Shown in pieces: positions 1 through 12,515 of a DNA stretch of 50,782 nt; within the stretch, counting starts at the first letter, position 1; each line of letters begins with the position of its first letter. A program made the translations under genes and the position numbers. Below the pieces are notes generated by a model. The model worked only from the letters and a program-made list of their open reading frames with translations. It searched no databases and was not told the origin of the DNA. The stretch is from Chiloscyllium plagiosum (lineage: Eukaryota): positions 67,482,588 to 67,533,369 of the forward strand of contig NC_057718.1 of NCBI RefSeq assembly GCF_004010195.1, read 5' to 3'.

Positions 1-154
1 AGTCAGGTGAATTGGCCCTGCTAAATTGCCCATAGTGTTAGGTGCATTAGCCAGAGGGAAATGAGACGGGGTGGGTTACTGTTCGGAGGGTCGGTGTGGA
101 CTGGTTGGGCCAAAGCACCTGTTTCTACACTGTAGGGAATCTAATCTAATAATC
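1..154 (+). mobile_element. HE1-type tRNA-derived SINE, 3' part
   Basis: Body 'gaattggccctgctaaattgcccatagtgttagg', CR1-like tail 'cctgtttctacactgtaggga' and (aatct)n end; matches the other copies in the window. Confidence 0.9.
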
Positions 155-1163
155 TTTGATAGCTTTGTAGGTTTGTTAACAGTAGTGATTTTAGTTTATG
201 TAGTTTTTATGTTTGATGGATCTTGTGACACAAAGACTCAGCGATTTGTAATTCAAGTTCCTCCTCTCTGGAATCTAAATGTTACTGCAGAAGATAATGG
301 CTAATGACTTGATTAAATGGTGTACCTGGAACATCAAGGGGAGTCACTCGCCAATTAAGAGGAAGAAGGTACTCTCAAGTCTTAGAAAGGAAAAGATGGA
401 TATTGCTTTGTTACATGAGGCACACTTGGATGATAGGGAGCATTTAAAATAACAGCAGAATGGCTTTGATCGAGTTTACTTTTCATCTTTTAATACCAGA
501 AGTAGGGAAGTGGCTATATTGATTAGGAGGAATCTTCCATTTAAGTTACTAGAGTGTGTTAAAGACACATACAGGAGGTTTGTAATTCTCAAAGCCCTGA
601 TATACAGGGAACAATATGGTGTTTTAAATATCTATCGTCCTCCGGACCATCCCCTCAAATTCCTGGTAGATGCGTTCTCTAAATTGATCAGTCTCAAGTC
701 CCGGCATATCATCATAGGGGGAGATTTTAATTGTCTTATGGATCCCACAGTAGACAGGTTTCTCAAAAATCCCCCGATATGGTCTGTACAAACTAAACAA
801 TGAGTGGATCTGTGTGTGGAGTTAGGGTTGATGGATGTCTGGAGGCGTCTCCACCCTATAGGCTGGGATTTTACATTTTTTTCCAATCCACCCAGATGTC
901 ACACCAGGATTGATTTTTTTCTGACCCCGTGGCAATCCTGACTAGGTGGCATCTTGTCCAATTGGTGATATTGCCATCTCCAATCACGCTCCAGTATACC
1001 TGCTAGCTAAGATTAAGGATGCTACAGTGGGCCCGAGGCACTGGTGAATGGATCCCTTTATCCTTAAGGATAATAAGTTTGTGGAGTACTTTTTAAAGGA
1101 ACTTGGGGCATTCCTAGACATTAATTCCAGCTCGATAAGTAGTTTGTCTGTCCTTTGGGAAAC

Positions 1164-1528
1164 GTCACCAACTTCTTCATTTCCTCTCCCCCCATCTTAC
1201 CCCAGTTCAAACTTTCCAGCTCAGCACCATCCTCATGACCTGTCCCTTCTGTCAATCTCCCTTCCCACCTATCCGCTCCACTCTCCTCTCTGTCCTATCA
1301 CCTTCACCCTCACCTCCTTCAACCTATTGCACTCTCAGCTACCTTGCCCCAGCCCCACCTCCCTCCATTTATCTCTCCACTCCCGATGCTCCCAGCCTCA
1401 TTCCTGATGAAGTGCTTTTGCCTGAAACGTCAGTTTTCCTGCTCCTTGGATGCTGCCTGATCTGTTGTGTTTTTCCAGCACCACTCTAATCTTGACTCTC
1501 GTCTCTTGCACTTGCAGTACCCACTTTG
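1164..1528 (+). mobile_element. Penelope-like element family A, 3' fragment with degenerate hammerhead core
   Basis: CTGATGA at 1404 and GAAAC at 1424; same 3' sequence as other family A copies. Target duplication cctttgggaaac at 1152-1163 and 1529-1540; the L1 peptide LWET|AKAY resumes after it. Confidence 0.9.
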
Positions 1529-2573
1529 CCTTTGGGAAACTGCCAAAGCCTATGCCGGGGGTTAATTATCTCCTACTCTGCCAGTCGGAAGCGGCAGAAG
1601 GGTGAGCATCAGTGTCTCCTTGAAGCATGGCTGAAGGCAGCCAAGAAAGTTTACTTTGATAGCCCGTGTTGGTCAAACTACAGAGGATTACGGCCCTGCA
1701 GTCTGCATTGAATTCCATGCTCATACTGATGGCAAAGAAAGAGCTTACTTTCACAAAACAGAGGCACGTGACAAACCGGGCAAGTACTTAGTGTATCTCG
1801 CCAGGAAAAGAAGTGCCCCTCAAGCCATTACGTCGATTAGGGAAGAGTCTGGGAACCTAGCATGTGATTACAAAAAGGTTAATGCAACTTTCCAGAGATT
1901 TTACTCTGAATTCTACTAATCTGAGGGTTGTGAGAAGGGGCAGGCCAAGATAGAGTCCTTTTTAAATGATCCGGAGCCCCTGGGCGTGACGCCTGAACGA
2001 GAGTCTTTTCTCAATGCCCCCTTATCAGAGCAAGAGGTGCAGGAGGCTGTGAAGCAGCTTCAGAGTGGAAAGGCGCCAGGTCATGATGGACGTCCCAGCA
2101 AATTCTATATGGAATTTATAAACATATTGTCAGGCCTGATGCTCAACATGTTCAATGATTCGTAAAGTGATGATCATCTCCCGCCATCTATAAGAGGCCA
2201 ATTTTGTTTATTCTTAAAAAAGGGAAGGTCCCGGAGGACTGTGCTTCTTATTGGCCCATTTCACGCTTAAATGTTGACTTTAAAAATACTCTCTAAGACT
2301 CTCGTGTCAAGGCTGGAGACTGTGTTACCTTCTATTGTTAAAGAGGATCAGACGGGCTTCATAAAGGGTCCCAGATCCTCCAGTAATGTTAGGAGGCTGC
2401 TTAATGTAATTCAACCATTTCAACAACAGTCAATACAGTGATTGGTGATTCCTCTAGATGAAGAGAAGGCATTTGACTGAGTTGAGTGGCCATAACCTTT
2501 TTTATACTCTGTAGCGGTTTGGCTTGGGCAAAGCCTTTGTAAGATGGGTAAAGGTTCTCTACAGTGACCCTTT

Positions 2574-3698
2574 TAGAACATAGAACATAGAACATAGAAC
2601 ATAGAACAATACAGCACAGAGCAGGCCCTTCGGCCCACGATGTTGTGCCGAACATTTGTCCTAGCTTAAGCACCCATCCATGTACCTATCCATTTACCAC
2701 TTAAAGTTCGCCAATGATTCTGACTCTGCTACTCCCACAGGCACCGCATTCCATGCCCCCACCACTCTCTGGGTAAAGAACCTACCCCTGACATCTCCCC
2801 TATACCTTCCACCCTTCACCTTAAATTTATGTCCCCTTGTAACACTCTGTTGTACCCGGGGAAAAAGTTTCTGATTGTCTACTCGATCTATTCCCCTGAT
2901 CATCTTATATACCTCTATCAAGTCACCCCTCATCCTTCGCCGTTCCAACGAGAAAAGGCCGAGAACTCTCAACCTATCCTCGTACGACTTCCTCTCCATT
3001 CCAGGCAACATCCTGGTAAATCTCCTCTGCACCCTCTCCAAAGCTTCCACATCTTTCCTAAAGTGAAGCGACCAGAACTGCACACAGTACTCCAACTGTG
3101 GCCTAACCAAAGTCCTGTACAGCTGCAACATCACTTCACGACTCTTGAATTCAATCCCTCTGCTAATGAACGATAATACTCCATAGGCCTTCTTACAAAC
3201 TCTATCCACCTGAGTGGCAACCTCCAAAGATCTATGTACATAGACCCCAAGATCCCTCTGTTCCTCCACCTGACTAAGAACCCTACCATTAACCCTGTAT
3301 TCCGCATTCTTATTTGTTCTTCAAAAATGGACAACCTCACACTTGGCAGGGTTGAACCCCATCTGCCACTCCTCAGCCCAGCTCTGCATCATATCTAAGT
3401 CCCTCTGCAGCCGACAACAGCCCTCCTCACTGTCCACAACTCCACCTATCTTCGTATCATCTGCAAATTTACTGACCCACATGGGGAACTTTATCAAATG
3501 CCTTACTAAAATCCATGTATACTACATCCACTGCTCTACCCTCATCCACATGCTTGGTCACCTCCTCAAAGAATTCAATAAGACTTGTAAGGCAAGACCT
3601 ACCCTTCACAAATCCGTGCTGGCTGTCCCTAATCAAGCAGTGCCTTTCCAGATACTCATAAATCCTATCCCTCAGTACCCTTTCCATTACTTTGCCTA
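2574..3698 (-). mobile_element. CR1 (HER1-like) LINE 3' portion, 5'-truncated, with internal deletion
   Basis: Minus-strand ORFs give [26 protein letters not shown] and LVRPQLEYCVQFWS...LERRRMRGDLIEVYK. (TAGAACA)n tail at 2574-2608. KVPH is joined directly to the KFADD region near 3480. Confidence 0.93.
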
Positions 3699-5889
3699 AC
3701 TGCTGTGGTCATCACCAATGGGGTCCGCTCAAGCAATTTTAGCACTTTTAGGGGCAGCCGACAGGGCTGTCCCCTTTTGGCATTGCTTTTTATATTGGTG
3801 ATTGAACTGTTGGCAGAGGCCCTTTGTAGGAATACTAACATATCAGTTCCAGAAGTGGTGTCAAAGTTACATAAAAGTTCGTTGTGACTGCATGATGCCC
3901 TCATGTTTTTGTCAAATCCAGCAATTTCGGTGCCTCACCTAATACAATGCACCAGCTTTTTTGGCACCTTTTCAGGGTACCAGATTAATTGTGCAAAGTC
4001 AGAGGCAATGCCAATGGGTGGTCCTACGAAGGTGCTCGGTCTTGAGGGTGAATCTCAATTCCCATTGAAGTGGTCACAGTGGGGTTTTGTGTATTGGGCA
4101 TATTCATCACTCCAGTTTTTAATCAGCTGTTTAAAGCTAATTTTGTTCAATTATTCAACAAAATCAAACAAGACCTTCAAAAATGGGAGGCGCTTCTGGT
4201 CTCATGGTTAGGTCGGATAGATCTTGTTAAGATGATTATTCTCTCCCGTTTGTTGTACTCTATATGGATTCTCCCCCTGATTCTCGATAGGCAAACGTTC
4301 AGGAGACTGAACGGCTGGTTCAGCTCTTTTATTTGGCATCGTAAGCAGCCCCTTATTAAATTAGCTAAACTGCAATTGCCTCACAGATAGGGGGAGTGGA
4401 TCTCCTGGACATTAAAAACTCTCAACTAAGCTCGCTTTTATCTTACGTGAATGATTGGGCTTGTGGGGACCGTTTTTCAATATGGTTAGATATCGAAACC
4501 TCTCAGGCAAAGTGCCCCCTTACTAGTTTGCTGTTTTTGGACAAAATGAGGACAGTTAAGGAATATTGCCATAACCCAATAGTTATCAATACTATGAAAG
4601 CATGGAGGGCAATTCAGCAGAGGGAAGGCAATATTGGCAAAACGTTTTTTCTTATACCGACAGTGGATATATCGGGTTTTCGACCAGGAGTGATGGATTC
4701 AGGATTCAAACATTGGGCAGCTAGGGGTGTGTCTTGCATGGGTTATTTATTTGAGGGAGACACAATGATGTCTTTTGATCAGTTAGCGTGGAAATACAAG
4801 CTATCTAGCAGGGACCTCTTTTGTTTTTCTTAAGTTAGGGATTTTATTCAAAAAAAGACTACACTTTTGACTGATCCCCACAAATCTGACATAGAGAGGA
4901 GGGTGCTCAGTACTAACAGTACACTTTCTGTCAGCACTTTATATCATCAGTTGGGGAGCACCGCCTCAGATGAGTTTGATCGACTTTGTGGGGTGTGGGA
5001 GAGAGAGCTATATTTTGAGGTCTCCTCAGAGGCAATGGGAAAACATTTGAGAAAACGCAAGAAAAATTTCAATTTGCACTAGGACCCATGGTTTACAGTT
5101 GAAGATTCTCCACAGGGTCCATTTGGCTCCAGATTGTTTGTCAAAATTTTAACCAGGGATATCTTCAACATGTCCCAAGTGTAAAGTTAGTACGGGCACT
5201 CTTACCCATTGTCTCTGGTCCTGTGGTAGACTTCAAACATACTGAAGTGCTGTGGCGGGTGCAATGGAGGGGATTTTGGATGTAAGGGTGAAGAAGGACT
5301 GATCTCTCTTCTTCTTGGCCTGCCCAGTGTATTCCCTGTAGATGCGCATAAGAAAAACCTTTCAACATCCTCCCTTTCTGCACAAGAAAGAATGTTTTGT
5401 TGGGTTGTGTGTCCGAAAATCCTCTGGGCCTGTCAGGTTGGCGTAAGATTGTTATGGAGCACATCACCTTGAATTTTCTTACAAGTATAATACACCACAA
5501 AACTGAGAATTTCTACAAGACATGGCAGCCCTTTTGGAATACCTGGACACACACTAATAAGGGCTTTTATATAACTGTAACAATTGCGATTTATGAGTCC
5601 ACTATCCAAAGAGGGGGAATATATGAATATGTGAAAATTAATGCTCTCAATATTCGAGTTAGTGTTTTGTTTTGTTGAGCTGTATTGTCATTTATTAGTT
5701 TGTTGTTAGTTATTTTTATTTAATTAAGGAGTCGGGTTTTTAAAAATATATTTTTATATATTTATATATTTGTGCATGAGGACAGTTTGGGTTGTTTAAT
5801 TTTTTTGGTGTTCTATCTTTGTATTCTTTTGAATTTATTGTAATATTAAAAAATCTATTTTTCAATAAAAATATATTTTTAATGAAGTG

Positions 5890-6300
5890 TCTTTTATTGA
5901 CCATTGTCTTTACTTTTCCTGATTTCTTCAATGACTAATATACATACATTTGGTCCCTCTGCTTTTATACCACAGTAAGAATTATACCCTTTTGTTTTAT
6001 ATTGTTTCTCCGTGCTCTTCCTACCAAAATGAATCACTTCACATAGTTGTACATTAGTCTTTATCTGCCACTTGTCCATCCTACAAAACTAGTTTGTGTC
6101 CCATTGAAGTTCTAAACTATGCCCTTTCAAAATTTTGTACCATCTATAAATCATCTGCAAGCTCCAGTCCTCAGTCACCACTTTTGAATCTATGGAAGAC
6201 TGGAAACCTAAGGCCAGTGCCTCCACAATTTCCACTTACACTTTCTGAATATGCTTAGGTACACCCCCTCAGGTCTGGGTGACTTATCAATGTTCGGTGT
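5890..6300 (-). mobile_element. Old CR1 fragment(s)
   Basis: Minus ORF DKWQIKTNVQLCEVIHFGRK resembles CR1 WQMEFNxxKCEVxHFGR. Confidence 0.7.
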
Positions 6301-6305
6301 CTTTA

Positions 6306-6755
6306 TTTGAAAAAGAGTATCATTACCTTAGAAACAGTTCAGAAAAGGTTCATTGCATGAAGACATTATCTTTTGAAGAAAGGCTGAGCAGGATGAGCCT
6401 TTCCCCATAGGGGTGTGTGGACCTGATTGAGTGAATTTTAAGAGGATGTTTCCCCTCATAGGAGAGACTTGAATTAGGGGACACAGCTTAACAATGAGAG
6501 ATCTCGCTTTTAAGTCAGAGTTCAGGAGAATTGTTTTCTCTCAGATTGCTATTGGTCTGTTAAAATTTCATTGAATTCATCAAAGGCTGAGTTCGATAGT
6601 TTTTTTTCAATAGAAAAGGGAGTCAAATGTTATGTTAGCAGATACAAAAGTGGAGCTGACATCCCTGCCAGATTATCCATAATCTTACTGAATGACAGCA
6701 CAGACTACAGGGGCTGAATGGCCTACTCCTGCTCCTAAATGCTACGTTCCTATAT
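6306..6755 (+). mobile_element. CR1 3' end fragment
   Basis: LETVQKRF-like peptide, 'ttttctctcag' region, and 3' UTR 'ggctgaatggcctactcctgctccta'. Confidence 0.8.
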
Positions 6756-6895
6756 TTATATATGGGCTACCTATCTAATACCTCTTCCTTATCAATTTTT
6801 AAGTGCCTAAACTCTCTTCTCTTTCACCATGATCTTGGTAGCAACTTCTTCCTTGGTAAAGGCAAATGTTAACTATTCATTTAATATCTTTAAGA

Positions 6896-8917
6896 GATGT
6901 GCAACATCTAGTCAAGGCCAAGAAGGGAGCTTACTTAAGGTTGAGGAAGCAAGAATCAGACAGGGCAATACAGAGTTACAATGTAGCCAGGAAGGAACTG
7001 ACGAATGGACTTAGGAGAGTTGGAAGGGGGCATGAAAAAGCCATGGTGGGTAGGATTAAGGAAAACCCCAAGGTGTTCTACACTTATGTGAGGAACAAAA
7101 GAATGGCCAGTGTGAGGGTAGGGCCAATCATGGATAATGGAGGGAACTTGTGCCTGCAGTCAGAGGAGGTAGGAAAGGTCCTTACTGAATACTTTGCTTC
7201 AGTATTCACGACTGAGAGGGATATTGTCATTTGTGAGGACAGTGTGAATAAGGCTGATATGTTCAAACAGGTTGATGCTAAGAAGAAGGATGTGCTGGAA
7301 ATTTTGAAAAACATGAGGATAGGTAAGTCCCCTGGGCCAGATGGAATATACCAATATTACTACAGAAATGAGGGAAGGGATTGCTGCACCTTTGGTAATG
7401 ATCTTTGTGTCCTCACTGTCCGCTGGAGTAGTACCAGATGATTGGAGGATGAGAAATGTTATTCCCTAGTTCAAGAAAGGAAATTGGGATAATTAGGAAT
7501 TGCAGACCAGTTGTCTTACGTCAGTAATGGACAAATTATTGGAGAGGATATTGATAGACAGAACTTATGATTATTTGGAAAAGCTTGAAATAGCTTGATT
7601 AGAGATAGTCAGCATGGCTTTGTGAGGTGCAGGTCATGCCTCACAAGCCTCATTGAATTTTTTTGAGGATGTGACAAAACAATTTGATGAAGGTGGAGCC
7701 CATACAATCTGGTGTATGTGGATTTTAGCAAGGCGTTTGATAAGGTTCCCCATGGTAGGCTCATTCAAAAAGAAAGGGGGCATGGGATACAGGAAAATTT
7801 GGCTGTCTGGACATGGAATTTGTTGGCCAATAGAAGACAGAGGATGATAGTAAATGGAAAGTATTCAGCCTGCAGCTCAGTGACCAGTAGTGTTCCACAG
7901 GGATCTGTTCTGCTGTTTGTGATTTTCATAAATAACTTGGATGAGGAAGTGGAAGGGTGGATTAGTAAGTTTTCTGATGACACAAAGGTTGGTGGAGTTG
8001 TGGATAGTGAGGAGGGTTGTTGTAGGTTGCAACGGGACATTGACAGGATGCAGAACTGGGCAAAGAAGTCACAGATGGCGTTCAACTGGAAATTTGTGAA
8101 GTAATTCATTTTGCAAGGCTAGATTTGAATGCAGATTTCAGGGTTAAAGGCAGGATTCTTGGCAGTGTAGAGGAACAGAGGGATCTTGAGGTCCACGTCC
8201 ATAGATCCCTCAAAGTAGCCATCCAAGTTGATAGGGTTGTTAAGAAGATGGATGATGTGTTGGCTTTCATTAGCAGGCATAATTTGGAAGTGCTGGTGTT
8301 GGACTGGGGTGTACGAAGTTAAAAATCACACAACACCAAGTTATAGTCCAACAGGTCTATTTATAAGAACTAGCTTACGGAGCACTGCTCCTTCATCCGG
8401 TGATTGTCAAAGCTGTAGCTCGTCAAAGCCCTGGTTAGATCACACTTGGAATATTGTGTTCAGCTCTGGTCGCCTCCGTATAGGGAGGATGTGGAAGCTT
8501 TAGAAAGGATTCAGAGGAGATTTATCAGGATGCTGCCTAGACTGGAGGGCATGTCTTATGAAGAAAGTTCAAGGGAGCTAGGGCTTTCCTCATCGGGGTG
8601 AAGAATGGTGAGAGGTGACTTGATAGAGGTGTATAAGATGATGAGAGGCATAGATGGAGTGGATAGTCAGAGACGTTTTCCCAGGGCTGAAATAGCTATC
8701 ACAAGAGGGCATAATTTTAAGGAGATTGGAAAAAGGTTGAGGAGAGACGTCACAGGTGGGTTCTTTACACAAAGAGTGATGGGTGCATTGAAAGTCAAGT
8801 GAAGTGTATGTAGGTTAGTTTAATCTTAGAATAGGATAAAAGTTTGGCACAACATTGAGAGCCAAACAGCCTGTACTGTGCTGTACTGTTCTATGTTCCA
8901 TGTTCTATGTTCTATGT
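6896..8917 (+). mobile_element. CR1 (HER1-like) LINE ORF2 RT region and 3' end
   Basis: [59 protein letters not shown]; (atgttct)n tail at about 8886-8917. Confidence 0.93.
8279..8407 (-). mobile_element. PLE family B short 3' fragment inserted in CR1
   Basis: Reverse complement reads acaatcaccggatgaaggagcagtgctccgtaagctag...ggactataac...gtgtgatttttaac, matching 20190-20284 and 20540-20638. Confidence 0.85.
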
Positions 8918-9308
8918 CCCTTATTACCTCCATGCATAAATTACCATCATGAGATCTAATCTGTTCATCTTTTTACTACTCATTGACTATTTATATATTT
9001 TTAAATGTTATCAACCTGGCATCATCATAAATACGCTTTTTCTTCTTCACCTGAATCTCTATCTCTGACAATTAATGACTACTCAAGGGCCTCATCTACT
9101 ACCAGACTTGTGAATGAGGATCTCCTCTTCTGGAAACTCCAAGAAGCAAACTTTATTAGGGCTGTTTGCAGGCTGTCAGGGGTTAGTGCTTCATTTGAAG
9201 CACTCAGTGCCTGATTGAAATAACATCATCAGGTAAGGAGGAGGCACGCTGACAGCCATCCCCACCCCCGCTGCTCCACCCCACCCTACCCTCCGCCACT
9301 GCTGTTTT

Positions 9309-9662
9309 ATAGAAGAATCCCTAAAATGTGGAAAAGGCAGTTCGGCCCAACAAGTCCACACTGACCCTCCAAAGAGTAACCCACCCAGACCCATTTCCCC
9401 TACCATAATTACTTGACATTTACCCCTGACTAATGCACATAACCTACATATCCCTGAACACAATGGGCAATTTAGCATGGCCAATCCACCTAACCTGTAC
9501 ATTTTTGGAATGTGAGAGGAAACTGGAGCACCCAGAGAAAACTCACGCAAACACAGAGAGAATGTGCAAACTCCACACAGACAGTCACCCGACATGGAAA
9601 TAGAACCCTGGTCCCTGGTGCTGTGAAGCAGCAGTGCTAGCCACTGAGCCACCATGCCGTCC
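9309..9662 (-). mobile_element. HE1 SINE, full length
   Basis: Minus strand starts ggacggcatggtggctcagtggctagcactgctgc (tRNA A box), B-box-like ggttctattt, then tgtgtggagtttgcacattctc body and CR1-like tail. Confidence 0.92.
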
Positions 9663-9883
9663 ATGTTGTGTATGGGCAAGTAATTCTGAAATTATTAATA
9701 CTGAGGAGTTCCTTAAGCACTACTTTACCATGGTCGATCCTGTTGGGGATCCTGATCTTTAGAATGTCATGATGAAGTTCAGCTCACAATGGCTCAACAG
9801 TTCCACGACGGCATGTACATGCCTGGAGGCATGTGGCCAACAGTTAATGTTTTGAAGAAGTATGGATAACTGTGAAATGCTAC

Positions 9884-9962
9884 AATAAAGTGGTTGGCTC
9901 TAAATTATCCTTTGAAATGGTCCAGCAAGTCACTCAGTTCAAGGGCAATTAGGGATGGGCAT
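9884..9962 (+). mobile_element. Fragment of second tRNA-derived SINE family (SacSINE1/Deu-like)
   Basis: 'gtggttggctctaaattatcctttgaaatggtccagcaagtcactcagttcaagggcaattagggatgggc' matches the 10833-11176 copy, including the body/tail junction. Confidence 0.7.
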
Positions 9963-10559
9963 GTTTTGTTGTGGGCAGTCCTCTCCTTCATAACCTTGGA
10001 GCTGCACTGAGATTCAGATGAATAATGTCAGAAGAGGGTTCATTATTTGGACATACACAATTAGTATCAGGAGGAGACATTAAACAGAAAGAACATTATT
10101 TCATTCACTTCTGATTAATTACAATGACATCCCAAAAGGACATCTGGGAAGTTATCCCATTGCTATGGAAAGTTTTGACATTCATTGCTGATTGTAGTCT
10201 GAGAACTATGGAATCACTGTGGCTGCAGTTTAATGGGTCAAGCAGTAGAACCAGCTTAAAGATAGATAAGGAGAAGAAAGCACATGCAGTGGTCCTATGA
10301 ATAACCAGGAGCACAACAAATTTCATAGCCATGGAGCATCCTGGAAGATTGCAGAAAAGTCATATAAAAAGTGGGGCATTTGAAGTTTATTTCAGCAATA
10401 ACTGCAGACATCAACCATTGGTTGAAAGAAGTGCAACCCTGGTTTAGCGAGCTGAGTGAAGATAAAACCCTCCCTGTAGTAGAGCCTGGCTGTTCAGTTG
10501 CAAGCAAATGAAATCTATCTCTCAACCCTTTGGTTAAAATGCTTGACCTAAAAGAGCTG

Positions 10560-10705
10560 TGTAAAGTTTTGCATGTACTTCTGTAAAGTGCTCCAAATGC
10601 TCTGTTAAATGCTCTGTTAAAACAGTTCCATAAAAGTATTGCTTGAAAGTACCAACTAAAGTGCTCCACTTAAGTGCTTCAGTAAAAGTATTGCATACAT
10701 TAAGG
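10560..10705. repeat. Degenerate ~12-13 bp tandem array (taaagtgctcc-like)
   Basis: Units taaagtgctcca, aaatgctctgtt (x2), taaaagtattgc, taaagtgctccac, taagtgcttcag, taaaagtattgc. Confidence 0.55.
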
Positions 10706-10832
10706 GGATTTTTGGGAATACAGTAATAAGAGCCATTTAAAAACTAAGGAGTACGTGCTGTGTGCTTAATGTTCACTTTCTCCAGACAATTGTAAGGTGG
10801 ATACAATCAATGTGCCTGTCTTAAGTAGTATC

Positions 10833-11176
10833 TTTTTAATTCATTCATGGGATGTGGGCATTGCTGGCTGGGTCAGCATTTACTGTCCCTCCCTAATTGC
10901 CCTTGAACTGAGTGGCTAGCTGGACTATTTCAAAGGGCAACTTAGAGCCAACCACATTCTGCTAGTCTGGATTCATTTGTAGGCCAGACCAGGCAAGGAC
11001 AGCAATTTGCCAGCCCTGAAGGAGATCACTGAACCAGCTGGAGTGTTTTCAATCAGCAGTAATTTCAAAGTCATCATTAGACTTTTAATTTCAAGTTTTT
11101 ATTTAAATCAAATTCCACCATATGCTATGAGGGTTTCAAACCAGGGTTCCCAGAACATTATATGGGTCTCTGGTTC
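10833..11176 (-). mobile_element. tRNA-derived SINE (SacSINE1/Deu-like)
   Basis: Minus strand: B-box-like ggtttgaaacc, body with tggtctggcctacaaatgaatccagac...gtggttggctct, tail caagggcaattagggaggg...cccacatcccatgaatgaat. Confidence 0.8.
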
Positions 11177-11189
11177 AGTCTTCTGACCA

Positions 11190-12235
11190 ATTCCCAGATA
11201 CTGATGAAGTTAAACAGATTTGTGTGCTGGCACCAACCCTCTTCAACATGTGTATCATTGCTATGCCCTCCAGTGCCTTCCATGGTGGTGATTCTTGCAT
11301 CCAAATCGGATATCATATGGACAAGGAGCTGCTCAATCTGAGATGACTCCTGGGAAAGACTAAAGTCTACAAGGACATAACTTACAATTTCTTCTTTGGC
11401 ATTGACTGTGCAGTAGCTGCTGGTTCAGAGCTGGACCAGAGGTGTAGCATGAACTTGTTCTCTAATACATATGATGTCAACCTGATAACCATCAAAAAGA
11501 AAACTATCATCTGAGCTTGCTCCTGGAAAGCCCTATTCAAAACAAGTAGTTTCAGTCCACAAAGTGGATAAATTTACTTGTTTTGGCAAGTTTTGGAGGA
11601 GCCGGTGTTGGACTGGGGTGGACGAAGTTAAAATTCACTCAACACAAGGTTATAGTCCAACAGGTTTATTTGGAAATACAAGCTTTCGGAGCCTGATGAA
11701 GGAGCAGCACTTTGAAAGCTAGTGCTTCCAAATAAACATGTTGTGTGATTTTTTAACTTTATTTTGGCAGCACATTCATGACCTGTCTATATTGAAGATA
11801 AGACCTATGCATTTTCAGTTAAGAACAAATAAGAATTGCCAAAGCAAGTATAGCCTTAAGTAGGCTTCAAACATTTGTCTGTGGAGTAAATCTGCCCATT
11901 AAACAAAGCTAATGGAGCAATGGACCTACACATTCTGTTGTACACATTTCTGACTTAGACTTTGAACTAGCATCATGGCAAGAAGTTCAACCACTTAAAC
12001 ATAAGCTGCCTTTGGTAGTTCCTGAAGATCAGAAGGTGCATCAAAGTACCAGCAAACGGGTACGCTAAGTGTCCCCACCACATTGAAACAGTCACAACAG
12101 AATTGAGCTAGTCATGTAGCCAAAATCCCTGACATCCACTTATGAAACCAAAGCTTCTATTCAGAGCTTGACTCTGGAGCACGGTCTCATAGTGGCCAAA
12201 GGAAGCATGACAAGATTGTTCTGAAAGTTTTGATA
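11190..12235 (+). mobile_element. RTE-clade LINE RT fragment
   Basis: EVKQICVLAPTLFNM...YHMDKELLNLR*LLGKTKV...NFFFGIDCAVAAGSE matches RTE GVKQGCVLAPTLF...YRxDGxLFNLRRLxAKTK...LLFADDCAL; followed by FTCFGS and RIAKASIA. Confidence 0.85.
11589..11761. mobile_element. PLE family B fold-back (palindromic) insertion with hammerhead core
   Basis: Antisense arm then sense arm; CTGATGA at 11693, GAAAGCTA at 11714. TSD ttttggca at 11581-11588 and 11762-11769. Confidence 0.85.
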
Positions 12236-12384
12236 TCCTAAAACACTGCTCTAGCTTCAGCATCTTTCACTCAGTGATTCATTCAGGAAGATATCCTTCA
12301 AACCTAATACCAAAAGTGAACACGCCTCCAGTATCTGAGTTGGTCCTTGTTAGGGCTAAGTCAATGAATATGAGAGAGGTGCTG

Positions 12385-12515
12385 ATTCCTGATGAAAAGC
12401 TTTTGCCCGAAACATCAATTTTCCTGCTCCTCGGATGCTGCCTGACCTGCTGTGCTTTTCCAGCACCACTCAAATCTTGATTCTAATCTCCAGCATCTGT
12501 AGCACCCACTTCCAC
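12385..12515 (+). mobile_element. PLE family A mini-insertion
   Basis: attcCTGATGAaaagcttttgcccGAAAcatc...ctccagcatctgtagcacccactt; ctaagtcaa repeated at 12356-12364 and 12516-12524. Confidence 0.88.

Larger units (their letters stand above)
155..5882 (+). mobile_element. Decayed L1-clade (L1/Tx1) LINE: ORF2 pseudogene (APE-RT-CCHC) plus 3' UTR
   Basis: ATG at 297 gives MANDLIKWCTWNIKG...DIALLHEAH (APE start), then IIGGDFN, HTRIDFF, SGKAPGHDG, RGSRQGCPL, FSGYQINCAKSE, SWLGRIDLVKM and CPKCKVSTGTLTHCLWSC (about 5171-5225). AATAAA near 5865. Many stops and frameshifts; the YADD motif near 3885 is destroyed. Interrupted by a PLE (1164-1528) and a CR1 (2574-3698). Confidence 0.9.
9060..10460 (+). 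pseudogene. Possible highly decayed Harbinger/HARBI1-like transposase remnant
   Basis: Collinear weak motifs: EANFIRAVCRLS; KHYFTMVDPVGDPDL...QWLNS/HDG (cf. NRKxYxS...VCD...WPGSxHD); GHLGSYP; QFNGSSSRTSLKID (cf. FNxxHSxTRxxIE). Requires several frameshifts. Confidence 0.35.

Noticed and set aside
1048..1489. Pro/Ser-rich ORFs (also 25522-25791, 28786-29148, 38244-38807)
   Set aside because: Read-through of the pyrimidine-rich PLE 3' UTR; not genes.
297..5560. Active L1 ORF2
   Set aside because: Multiple stops and frameshifts, destroyed YADD motif and two nested insertions.
9590..9662. tRNA genes at A/B-box sequences (also near 23760, 24090, 26480, 28590, 37140)
   Set aside because: Each continues into a SINE body without a complete cloverleaf; these are SINE heads.
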